Assembly: GCA_965209085.1 (NCBI GenBank)
Contig: OZ242376.1
Span: 992,001 to 1,056,000, forward strand
Reading direction: 5' to 3'
Origin: Nitrosopumilaceae archaeon
GTDB lineage: Archaea; Thermoproteota; Nitrososphaeria; Nitrososphaerales; Nitrosopumilaceae
Length of the DNA: 64,000 bases
In this document: one piece after another, positions 12,601 through 19,973 of the stretch
Position numbering within the stretch: position 1 is the first letter of the stretch
Layout of the letters: the number at the start of each line of letters is the position of its first letter
The notes under the pieces: model-generated
What the model was told of the DNA's origin: nothing
The model's input: the letters and a program-made list of their open reading frames with translations, nothing else
The model's database searches: none
Translations under genes and position numbers: made by a program

Positions 12601-15600
12601 TCATGAATGCAGCTTTACAAATATTTGATAATGACAATATAACCATGACTGTAACAAATGATACTGCGTCTGCAAACATTCCCGTCCCGCAAAATGCTTC
12701 AAACGGACAGATAGTGTTCAACATTACAGCAGAAGATATCTCTGGCAATACATTTTCTGTAACACAGGCAAACATCACATCCGGCGAAGTCCGAGTTGAT
12801 ACAATAGATCCGAAACTGACAAACCTGAGCATATCCAGTGACAATTCAAACTCTACTATTGCAACCATAAACGATACTTTAACCATAACAATTACCGCCG
12901 ATGAGGCACTCAAAGGGGCAAACGTTACGGTTCTAGGTACAACCTATACAATGAACATAAACAATGACACTGCAAGTGCAAACGTAACGGTAAACTCGAC
13001 AAATCCTGAAGGAAACGTCACATTTAACATCACAGCCTTTGATCTTGCAGGAAACACTCTGAGTGCAAATCAGATAAATCTAACATCTTCAAACGTCACA
13101 ATAGACCGCACAAACCCACAGCTGATGAATCTGACCATATACAGCGACAACCATGTCCCATCCTTTGCAACCTTGAACGATAATCTGACCATAACAATTA
13201 CCGCCAATGAGGCACTCAAAGCGGCAGACATTGCGGTTCTAGGTACAACCTATACAATGAACATATCTGGCACAACTGCAACTGCGACTGTAACAGTAAC
13301 TGCACTATCTTCAGAGGGGAATGTCACCTTTGATATCACAGCAGCTGATCTTGCAGGAAACACTCTGAGTGCAAATCAGATAAATCTAACATCTTCAAAC
13401 GTCACAATAGACCGCACCGCACCAAGTGGTGTAAATCTCATAGTTCACAGCGACAATGCGGACCCGACGCTTGCAAAGGCAGGCGATGTGATAAACATCA
13501 CCCTAATGGCAGCAGAACCGATCATGATGGCAACTTTGCAAATATTCGGCAACAACAATACGATCATGAGTGTAACACCTGATACTGCATCATCAAACAT
13601 CCAAGTTCCGCAAAATGCTTCAAACGGACAGATAATGTTCAACATTACAGCAGAAGATAGCTCTGGCAATACATTTTCTGTAACACAGGTAAACATCACA
13701 TCCGGCGAAGTCCGAGTTGATACAATAGATCCGAAACTGACAAACCTGAGCATATCCAGTGACAATTCAAACTCTACTATTGCAACCATAAACGATACTT
13801 TAACCATAACAATTACCGCCGATGAGGCACTCAAAGGGGCAAACGTTACGGTTCTAGGTACAACCTATACAATGAACATAAACAATGACACTGCAAGTGC
13901 AAACGTAACGGTAAACTCGACAAATCCTGAAGGAAACGTCACATTTAACATCACAGCCTTTGATCTTGCAGGAAACACTCTGAGTGCAAATCAGATAAAT
14001 CTAACATCTTCAAACGTCACAATAGACCGCACAAACCCACAGCTGATGAATCTGACCATATACAGCGACAACCATGTCCCATCCTTTGCAACCTTGAACG
14101 ATAATCTGACCATAACAATTACCGCCAATGAGGCACTCAAAGCGGCAGACATTGCGGTTCTAGGTACAACCTATACAATGAACATATCTGGCACAACTGC
14201 AACTGCGACTGTAACAGTAACTGCACTATCTTCAGAGGGGAATGTCACCTTTGATATCACAGCAGCTGATCTTGCAGGAAACACTCTGAGTGCAAATCAG
14301 ATAAATCTAACATCTTCAAACGTCACAATAGACCGCACCGCACCAAGTGGTGTAAATCTCATAGTTCACAGCGACAATGCGGACCCGACGCTTGCAAAGG
14401 CAGGCGATGTGATAAACATCACCCTAATGGCAGCAGAACCGATCATGATGGCAACTTTGCAAATATTCGGCAACAACAATACGATCATGAGTGTAACACC
14501 TGATACTGCATCATCAAACATCCAAGTTCCGCAAAATGCTTCAAACGGACAGATAATGTTCAACATTACAGCAGAAGATAGCTCTGGCAATACATTTTCT
14601 GTAACACAGGTAAACATCACATCCGGCGAAGTCCGAGTTGATACAATAGATCCGAAACTGACAAACCTGAGCATATCCAGTGACAATTCAAACTCTACTA
14701 TTGCAACCATAAACGATACTTTAACCATAACAATTACCGCCGATGAGGCACTCAAAGGGGCAAACGTTACGGTTCTAGGTGAATTATATACAATGGCCAT
14801 ATCTGGCACAACTGCAACTGCGACTGTAACAGTAACTGCACAATCTTTGCAAGTGAATGTCACCTTTGATATCACAGCAGCTGATCTTGCAGGAAACACT
14901 CTGAGTGCAAATCAGATAAATCTAACATCTTCAAACGTCACAATAGACCGCACAAACCCACAGCTGATGAATCTGACCATATACAGCGACAACCCTGTCC
15001 CATCCTTTGCAACCTTGAACGATAATCTGACCATAACAATTACCGCCAATGAGGCACTCAAAGGGGCAAACGTTACGGTTCTAGGTACAACCTATACAAT
15101 GAACATAAACAATGACACTGCAAGTGCAAACGTAACGGTAAACTCGACAAATCCTGAAGGAAACGTCACATTTAACATCACAGCCTTTGATCTTGCAGGA
15201 AACACTCTGAGTGCAAATCAGATAAATCTAACATCTTCAAACGTCACAATAGACCGCACCGCACCAAGTGGTGTAAATCTCATAGTTCACAGCGACAATG
15301 CGGACCCGACGCTTGCAAAGGCAGGCGATGTGATAAACATCACCCTAATGGCAGCAGAACCGATCATGATGGCAACTTTGCAAATATTCGGCAACAACAA
15401 TACGATCATGAGTGTAACACCTGATACTGCATCATCAAACATCCAAGTTCCGCAAAATGCTTCAAACGGACAGATAATGTTCAACATTACAGCAGAAGAT
15501 AGCTCTGGCAATACATTTTCTGTAACACAGGTAAACATCACATCCGGCGAAGTCCGAGTTGATACAATAGATCCGAAACTGACAAACCTGAGCATATCCA

Positions 15601-18600
15601 GTGACAATTCAAACTCTACTATTGCAACCATAAACGATACTTTAACCATAACAATTACCGCCGATGAGGCACTCAAAGGGGCAAACGTTACGGTTCTAGG
15701 TGAATTATATACAATGGCCATATCTGGCACAACTGCAACTGCGACTGTAACAGTAACTGCACAATCTTTGCAAGTGAATGTCACCTTTGATATCACAGCA
15801 GCTGATCTTGCAGGAAACACTCTGAGTGCAAATCAGATAAATCTAACATCTTCAAACGTCACAATAGACCGCACAAACCCACAGCTGATGAATCTGACCA
15901 TATACAGCGACAACCCTGTCCCATCCTTTGCAACCTTGAACGATAATCTGACCATAACAATTACCGCCAATGAGGCACTCAAAGCGGCAGACATTGCGGT
16001 TCTAGGTACAACCTATACAATGAACATATCTGGCACAACTGCAACTGCGACTGTAACAGTAACTGCACTATCTTCAGAGGGGAATGTCACCTTTGATATC
16101 ACAGCAGCTGATCTTGCAGGAAACACTCTGAGTGCAAATCAGATAAATCTAACATCTTCAAACGTCACAATAGACCGCACCGCACCAAGTGGTGTAAATC
16201 TCATAGTTCACAGCGACAATGCGGACCCGACGCTTGCAAAGGCAGGCGATGTGATAAACATCACCCTAATGGCAGCAGAACCGATCATGATGGCAACTTT
16301 GCAAATATTCGGCAACAACAATACGATCATGAGTGTAACACCTGATACTGCATCATCAAACATCCAAGTTCCGCAAAATGCTTCAAACGGACAGATAATG
16401 TTCAACATTACAGCAGAAGATAGCTCTGGCAATACATTTTCTGTAACACAGGTAAACATCACATCCGGCGAAGTCCGAGTTGATACAATAGATCCGAAAC
16501 TGACAAACCTGAGCATATCCAGTGACAATTCAAACTCTACTATTGCAACCATAAACGATACTTTAACCATAACAATTACCGCCGATGAGGCACTCAAAGG
16601 GGCAAACGTTACGGTTCTAGGTGAATTATATACAATGGCCATATCTGGCACAACTGCAACTGCGACTGTAACAGTAACTGCACAATCTTTGCAAGGGAAT
16701 GTCACCTTTGATATCACAGCAGCTGATCTTGCAGGAAACACTCTGAGTGCAAATCAGATAAATCTAACATCTTCAAACGTCACAATAGACCGCACAAACC
16801 CACAGCTGATGAATCTGACCATATACAGCGACAACCCTGTCCCATCCTTTGCAACCTTGAACGATAATCTGACCATAACAATTACCGCCAATGAGGCACT
16901 CAAAGCGGCAGACATTGCGGTTCTAGGTGAATTATATACAATGGCCATATCTGGCACAACTGCAACTGCGACTGTAACAGTAACTGCACTATCTTCAGAG
17001 GGGAATGTCACCTTTGATATCACAGCAGCTGATCTTGCAGGAAACACTCTGAGTGCAAATCAGATAAATCTAACATCTTCAAACGTCACAATAGACCGCA
17101 CAAACCCACAGCTGATGAATCTGACCATATCCAGCGACAATTCAAACTCTACTCTTGCAACCATAAACGATATTCTAACCATAACAATTACCGCCGATGA
17201 GACACTCAAAGGGGCAAACGTTACGGTTCTAGGTGAAACTTATACAATGAACGTATCGGGTACAACTGCAAGTGCAAACGTAACGGTAAACGGTCAAGAC
17301 CTAGAAGGACAGGTCAACTTTACCATCACCGCCTTTGATCTTGCAGGAAACAGCCTGATGACAAACCAGACACAGCTAAACTCTTCAAACGTCACAGTGC
17401 TGTCAAAATCGCTGGGTCAGAATTCGCTGACAATCGCATCCAACAATTCAAACTCCTCTTTTGCCAAAGACGGGGATGTGATTACCGTATCGCTTGTTGC
17501 AAACAACACGATTGGTTATATTGTAGGAACAATTGCAGGCAATTCTGCTGCATATACTGTCACCGGCAATAATGCATCAGCTACAGTAACAGTTGATGGA
17601 ACCTTTGCCGATACTGCCAGCGTCATATTTTCGATTAACGCGTCCAACGTGGATAATTCCACATTTAGAATATTTACAAATGCAAATCTGACTGGATCAA
17701 ATATTGCCATAGATACAACTGCACCTAGTATAACATTAAACGGTATAAACAACACTCGCGTTGCAACAAATTCCTCCTATACGGATCCAGGTGCCACAGC
17801 ATCTGATACATCATATGCAACAGGTAGCGTACAAGTATCCGGAGCCGGCACTGTAACTATTACAACAGCTGGCAACTATACCCTCACTTATACTGCTCCA
17901 AATGATCCTGCAAGTAATATTGGACCTTCCATAACACGGACTGTTACAGTACAGGATGCACCGCCAATTAATATTAACACATTAACCCTTACATCTTCCA
18001 ACCAAAACACCCAATACGCAAAAGCTGGCGATACGCTGACTCTAATGTTGGTGATAAACGATACCATTACAAGCAATACTGTACAAATTCAAAACGGTCC
18101 ACCCACTACTAATTCTTCGTCAGGTAGTACCCTCACAGCAACTCGTATAATTCCAAATAGTACAATCGAATCAAACGCTACATTTACCATTACTGTTACA
18201 AACATCAACGGAACAACCCTGACTGTTACAGAAGATGATCTAACCGGTTCCAACGTATTTGTCGATACCATACCTCCAAACATAATCCTGATAGGATCTG
18301 CAAACAGTGGCATAGTTTTAGACAGCACATATACAGATCAAGGTGCCAATGCAAGAGACGGTGATCCAAACTATTCGGGCAATTACACCGCCCAAGTAAA
18401 CCCCCCACTTAATACCAGCATACTTGGCGCTGTTTTTGTTTACACGTATACAGCAAATGCAGATAATGCAGGAAATCCCGGTTTTAGTGTAAATAGAACT
18501 GTCACAGTGTCAAATACTAGATCTAGTTCTAGTGAGTCAAATGCGGCACCGACATTGGGTAAGACAAGCTCTGGGGCACAGCTTGTCACAAACGGTTTTG

Positions 18601-19517
18601 AATACAACGGTTTAGCAATAAACGTGAGCAGATATCATACAGAATTCCCGCTGATTGGAACAAACGTGGGCGATATGAACACGATAAAAATGAAAATATA
18701 CGACAGTGCCGGACCTGCAGGCATTAAACGCGTAGAGCTTGCACTGGGAGTACCTGATGTTGGATTATATCATGAGGCTGAAGCATTTGTAGAAGTATGG
18801 ATGCAAAAGGACAGTATTGCAGTAAAAGAGATCGTTATAGTGGATAAACTAAATCTGCTTGAAGACTCTGCTGTATCATCTACTGTATCACAAATCTCAT
18901 GCACAGGTGATGTACAACAGTGCCTGCTAGTAGAGATGAAATATTCATACAGAGAGCCTCCCATATACAATACAGTATCGGTAAAACCAGTAGACTGGGA
19001 TAATAATGCACACCAGTTTTACTTTAACGATGGAATACACGTTGATGGTGATTCCATAAACTTGCCAAAGGAGATTGATATTAGCACATCCCATGCTACA
19101 GGCATATCTAATACGGATGAAACACTGCATTTGGTGCAAATCAACAGGGCAGAGCACCTCTGGGTAGACCAATACGGCTACCAATGGATAATCATCGGAA
19201 ATACTGTTCGTCAAATTACGATACCGGAATATTTGGTACCTGATGATAACACATACGGAACACTGCACGGTCCTGACCGCAACCATCCAGACTTTGCATC
19301 AATCATATATGCTGAGCAGAAAAGAGCCCAGGAAACACTTGCGGGAATATTGGGGCATGCCACAATTATAAAACCACTGCCCGAGAATGGCGGAACGATA
19401 TACTTTGATGCAACAGAGCCAAGTTCCAGGGACAGTGATTCATTCAAACTCTTGTTAGAGCTGGAAGCTGAACGCATGTATCAAATTTCAAATCTCCTAT
19501 ACCCAGATGATACGTAA
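3660..19517 (+). CDS. Giant secreted surface protein/adhesin 1 (5285 aa): signal peptide, LVIVD-like beta-propeller head, DUF5011-like and other Ig-like stalk modules, conserved C-terminal domain
   Basis: Uninterrupted ORF; ~40-aa YALVTS..DxGVxIINITDP repeats; PxITLxG..YxDPGAxAxD..Y..YxAxDxAGN modules; very dense N-x-S/T sequons. Confidence 0.9.
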   Translation: MVTKVNILKLQHGNIVLIFALVLLSPLPFVSPFSYNHQPAQAMIFDNPQIPKNFMVIPTASSIKLIDVELIHDVSSGGEVSGNIFNLRIATRVDAIDIKESVFVMAASNSEGFQFLNVTDPNNESIASNSISTFYRVSRNNIIANDFSAGAVDISPVKIGDFTYALLVVNSGTQGGSTGYAIPSGDIIQIRNITDLSPIIGPAYVSEFRPAKNVSFVTTVKIDGSVYALSTSVINHSVHMTNITNVSDPSVLFNVDNNTAGYETLYGALGIATVQINGAYYALVTSFYDSGVTIINITDPTNASRVSSIVDETKLDKSYDITTVKINNSYYALVTSSNTNSLTIINITNPASPNFINTITLSTEYQILEGARGVSAVQINDTYYAMVTANMGVQIINITTPSSPTPVSGIKNDVVEYTALSHSTDIVTIQIGELNYTFVTSFLDNAIQVIKHGFILDPDTYPIVVTSNNTDPWYAKAGDNITVQVKVNNTFTTHNASILNATLQTHVENSSYMLNASVLVPNYAIGEYAAFNITVANGIHTLTITEDDLRYVRNVFVDTVRPGITLIDDANYIVYTNTNPTIPGASATDNDPGYSNGYSVSSSGQLNTSMVGSVVTYTYTANSDTAGNRGESVTRNVTVASGPPIDLVNLSIYSEVNYDGSNVVYVNESKRVSIFENTDSVIIDGAMIWGVGGNNTNNDNNLNFTLRPNQQTIIFYFYMPPNTNGNITFSTSVTSNFGSTLVVTQDNITDGRFVIADTISPVITLIGNSTVTINAGENYTDMGASINDTNLIPNPIISSNASDVNTTIPGTYIIEYSASADLAGNKPSNVTRELTVNANPIEITLLKIASSSNNNFARAGQNVTVVLETDGSDLVNAVGTVLGSAFTNVTAGGSGNFTVTVLSGDTNGNATFSITVENSSLNIILITEENITDGSFVTIDTIKPIIVLTGGAGSVLQDETYQDPGTTISDSNNASYAGSVSNTSLNTAILGPQNITYTGTADAAGNVPDSINRTITVLAKPLGLNSLTIESNNNVNTSFAKDGDVITVTLATNGTIGNVTGVIAGNSATYTATGDSASVMVTVDGTFTDTASVTFSINASNADNLAYKIFTDTNLTGSNIAIDTIPPSITLNGANNTIVIMNQPYEDPNATASDASYATGSVQVSGAGNVDITTNAIYTLTYTAPNDPAGNIGSVITRTVTVQDAPPINVNSLSIASNSGNNYANAGKTVTVTLVTDGSDLGNITGTLLGRALINDTNGGSSVFTATVVSGDNGNATFSITMTNSSGNRISVTNANITDSSSVTIDTADPQLQNLTISSDNSNSTIATINDALTITITADEALKGANVTVLGTTYTMNINNDTASANVTVNSTNPEGNVTFNITAFDLAGNTLSANHTNLNSSNVTIDRTNPQLMNLTIYSDNHVPSFATLNDNLTITITANEALKAADIAVLGTTYTMNISGTTATATVTVTALSSEGNVTFDITAADLAGNTLSANQINLTSSNVTIDRTAPSGVNLIVHSDNADPTLAKAGDVINITLMAAEPIMNATLQIFDNDNITMTVTNDTASANIPVPQNASNGQIMFNITAEDISGNTFSVTQANITSGEVRVDTIDPKLTNLSISSDNSNSTIATINDTLTITITADEALKGANVTVLGELYTMAISGTTATATVTVTALSSEGNVTFDITAFDLAGNTLSANQINLTSSNVTIDRTNPQLMNLTIYSDNHVPSFATLNDNLTITITANEALKAADIAVLGTTYTMNISGTTATATVTVTALSSEGNVTFDITAADLAGNTLSANQINLTSSNVTIDRTAPSGVNLIVHSDNADPTLAKAGDVINITLMAAEPIMMATLQIFDNDNITMTVTNDTASANIPVPQNASNGQIMFNITAEDISGNTFSVTQANITSGEVRVDTIDPKLTNLSISSDNSNSTIATINDTLTITITADEALKGANVTVLGELYTMAISGTTATATATVTVTALSSEGNVTFDITAFDLAGNTLSANQINLTSSNVTIDRTNPQLMNLTIYSDNHVPSFATLNDNLTITITANEALKAADIAVLGTTYTMNINNDTASANVTVNSTNPEGNVTFNITAFDLAGNILSANHTNLNSSNVTIDRTNPQLMNLTIYSDNPVPSFATLNDNLTITITADEALKGANVTVLGTTYTMNINNDTASANVTVNSTNPEGNVTFNITAFDLAGNTLSANQINLTSSNVTIDRTAPSGVNLIVHSDNADPTLAKAGDVINITLMAAEPIMNAALQIFDNDNITMTVTIDTASANIPVPQNASNGQIVFNITAEDISGNTFSVTQANITSGEVRVDTIDSKLTNLSISSDNSNSTIATINDTLTITITADEALKGANVTVLGTTYTMNINNDTASANVTVNSTNPEGNVTFNITAFDLAGNTLSANQINLTSSNVTIDRTNPQLMNLTIYSDNHVPSFATLNDNLTITITANEALKAADIAVLGTTYTMNISGTTATATVTVTALSSEGNVTFDITAADLAGNTLSANQINLTSSNVTIDRTNPQLMNLTIYSDNHVPSFATLNDNLTITITANEALKAADIAVLGTTYTMNISGTTATATVTVTALSSEGNVTFDITAADLAGNTLSANQINLTSSNITIDRTNPQLMNLTIYSDNHVPSFATLNDNLTITITANEALKAADIAVLGTTYTMNISGTTATATVTVTALSSEGNVTFDITAADLAGNTLSANQINLTSSNVTIDRTAPSGVNLIVHSDNADPTLAKAGDVINITLMAAEPIMNATLQIFDNDNITMTVTNDTASANIPVPQNASNGQIMFNITAEDISGNTFSVTQANITSGEVRVDTIDPKLTNLSISSDNSNSTIATINDTLTITITADEALKGANVTVLGTTYTMNINNDTASANVTVNSTNPEGNVTFNITAFDLAGNTLSANQINLTSSNVTIDRTAPSGVNLIVHSDNADPTLAKAGDVINITLMAAEPIMNAALQIFDNDNITMTVTNDTASANIPVPQNASNGQIVFNITAEDISGNTFSVTQANITSGEVRVDTIDPKLTNLSISSDNSNSTIATINDTLTITITADEALKGANVTVLGTTYTMNINNDTASANVTVNSTNPEGNVTFNITAFDLAGNTLSANQINLTSSNVTIDRTNPQLMNLTIYSDNHVPSFATLNDNLTITITANEALKAADIAVLGTTYTMNISGTTATATVTVTALSSEGNVTFDITAADLAGNTLSANQINLTSSNVTIDRTAPSGVNLIVHSDNADPTLAKAGDVINITLMAAEPIMMATLQIFGNNNTIMSVTPDTASSNIQVPQNASNGQIMFNITAEDSSGNTFSVTQVNITSGEVRVDTIDPKLTNLSISSDNSNSTIATINDTLTITITADEALKGANVTVLGTTYTMNINNDTASANVTVNSTNPEGNVTFNITAFDLAGNTLSANQINLTSSNVTIDRTNPQLMNLTIYSDNHVPSFATLNDNLTITITANEALKAADIAVLGTTYTMNISGTTATATVTVTALSSEGNVTFDITAADLAGNTLSANQINLTSSNVTIDRTAPSGVNLIVHSDNADPTLAKAGDVINITLMAAEPIMMATLQIFGNNNTIMSVTPDTASSNIQVPQNASNGQIMFNITAEDSSGNTFSVTQVNITSGEVRVDTIDPKLTNLSISSDNSNSTIATINDTLTITITADEALKGANVTVLGELYTMAISGTTATATVTVTAQSLQVNVTFDITAADLAGNTLSANQINLTSSNVTIDRTNPQLMNLTIYSDNPVPSFATLNDNLTITITANEALKGANVTVLGTTYTMNINNDTASANVTVNSTNPEGNVTFNITAFDLAGNTLSANQINLTSSNVTIDRTAPSGVNLIVHSDNADPTLAKAGDVINITLMAAEPIMMATLQIFGNNNTIMSVTPDTASSNIQVPQNASNGQIMFNITAEDSSGNTFSVTQVNITSGEVRVDTIDPKLTNLSISSDNSNSTIATINDTLTITITADEALKGANVTVLGELYTMAISGTTATATVTVTAQSLQVNVTFDITAADLAGNTLSANQINLTSSNVTIDRTNPQLMNLTIYSDNPVPSFATLNDNLTITITANEALKAADIAVLGTTYTMNISGTTATATVTVTALSSEGNVTFDITAADLAGNTLSANQINLTSSNVTIDRTAPSGVNLIVHSDNADPTLAKAGDVINITLMAAEPIMMATLQIFGNNNTIMSVTPDTASSNIQVPQNASNGQIMFNITAEDSSGNTFSVTQVNITSGEVRVDTIDPKLTNLSISSDNSNSTIATINDTLTITITADEALKGANVTVLGELYTMAISGTTATATVTVTAQSLQGNVTFDITAADLAGNTLSANQINLTSSNVTIDRTNPQLMNLTIYSDNPVPSFATLNDNLTITITANEALKAADIAVLGELYTMAISGTTATATVTVTALSSEGNVTFDITAADLAGNTLSANQINLTSSNVTIDRTNPQLMNLTISSDNSNSTLATINDILTITITADETLKGANVTVLGETYTMNVSGTTASANVTVNGQDLEGQVNFTITAFDLAGNSLMTNQTQLNSSNVTVLSKSLGQNSLTIASNNSNSSFAKDGDVITVSLVANNTIGYIVGTIAGNSAAYTVTGNNASATVTVDGTFADTASVIFSINASNVDNSTFRIFTNANLTGSNIAIDTTAPSITLNGINNTRVATNSSYTDPGATASDTSYATGSVQVSGAGTVTITTAGNYTLTYTAPNDPASNIGPSITRTVTVQDAPPININTLTLTSSNQNTQYAKAGDTLTLMLVINDTITSNTVQIQNGPPTTNSSSGSTLTATRIIPNSTIESNATFTITVTNINGTTLTVTEDDLTGSNVFVDTIPPNIILIGSANSGIVLDSTYTDQGANARDGDPNYSGNYTAQVNPPLNTSILGAVFVYTYTANADNAGNPGFSVNRTVTVSNTRSSSSESNAAPTLGKTSSGAQLVTNGFEYNGLAINVSRYHTEFPLIGTNVGDMNTIKMKIYDSAGPAGIKRVELALGVPDVGLYHEAEAFVEVWMQKDSIAVKEIVIVDKLNLLEDSAVSSTVSQISCTGDVQQCLLVEMKYSYREPPIYNTVSVKPVDWDNNAHQFYFNDGIHVDGDSINLPKEIDISTSHATGISNTDETLHLVQINRAEHLWVDQYGYQWIIIGNTVRQITIPEYLVPDDNTYGTLHGPDRNHPDFASIIYAEQKRAQETLAGILGHATIIKPLPENGGTIYFDATEPSSRDSDSFKLLLELEAERMYQISNLLYPDDT
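7575..17400 (+). repeat. Intragenic array of 32 near-identical 306/309-bp Ig-like modules of three types (A, B, C); basic 921-bp ABC trimer
   Basis: C modules recur at spacings of 921, 1233, 1533, 615, 921, 921, 921 and 921 bp; order ABC ABC ABBC ABBBC AC ABC ABC ABC ABC AB A. Confidence 0.9.
18546..19500 (+). repeat. ~950-bp 3' segment of giant gene 1; inverted copy at ~28070-29025 in giant gene 2
   Basis: Both proteins end APTLGKTSSGAQLVTNGFEYNG...SFKL.LELE..RM.Q.SNLLY with only scattered substitutions. Confidence 0.9.
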
Positions 19518-19621
19518 GAGAATATCGTGCCTCTAAAATGTATCCCAGTAATTACAGAATGTAAAATTTACCAATTTACATATATGATGTGTAAAATATG
19601 CGTTAAAACCAGTCTAATTTC

Positions 19622-19689
19622 GTATGAAGTCAGCACTTCGTGCTATTTTATGCATACATCTTCATTTATTGCATAAATTCTAGGCATGA
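19622..19689 (+). repeat. 68-bp inverted repeat, left arm
   Basis: Matches the reverse complement of 21997-22064 with 4 mismatches. Confidence 0.9.
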
Positions 19690-19869
19690 CATAACATCAT
19701 ACCTAATTTCTATCATACATGCCAATTTAGAAATTAATTCTCAAGTTTGTATTATATTTGTAATTTACACTAGAAACTAAGATCTAGATACAAAATAAGA
19801 CCATGTAGAGGGGTTTATGCGGCAAATTTCCAGTAAGGATTAAATCAATACTATTTGTGGCATAATTGC

Positions 19870-19943
19870 GCCGTCCTAGCTCAGCGTGGTAGAGCGTCGG
19901 ACTGTTAATCCGTTGGTCGCCAGTTCAAGTCTGGTGGACGGCG
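19870..19943 (+). tRNA. tRNA-Asn (GTT), intronless, CCA not encoded
   Basis: Acceptor stem GCCGTCC/GGACGGC, D-arm TAGCTCAGCGTGGTAGAGC, anticodon loop CT-GTT-AA, T-loop TTCAAGT. Confidence 0.95.
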
Positions 19944-19973
19944 CCTTTTATAATTCGCGACATTTTAATCAGC

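Noticed and set aside
8222-17047. Recurring 97-179 aa minus-strand ORFs inside giant gene 1 (and similar plus-strand ORFs inside giant gene 2)
   Set aside because: Antisense shadows of Thr/Asn/Ile-rich repeats; they recur exactly with the module period
7575-17400. Possible CRISPR array or DGR template/variable repeats
   Set aside because: Units are ~306-bp in-frame coding modules with no unique spacers; differences are not evidently adenine-restricted; no cas or reverse transcriptase gene in the window
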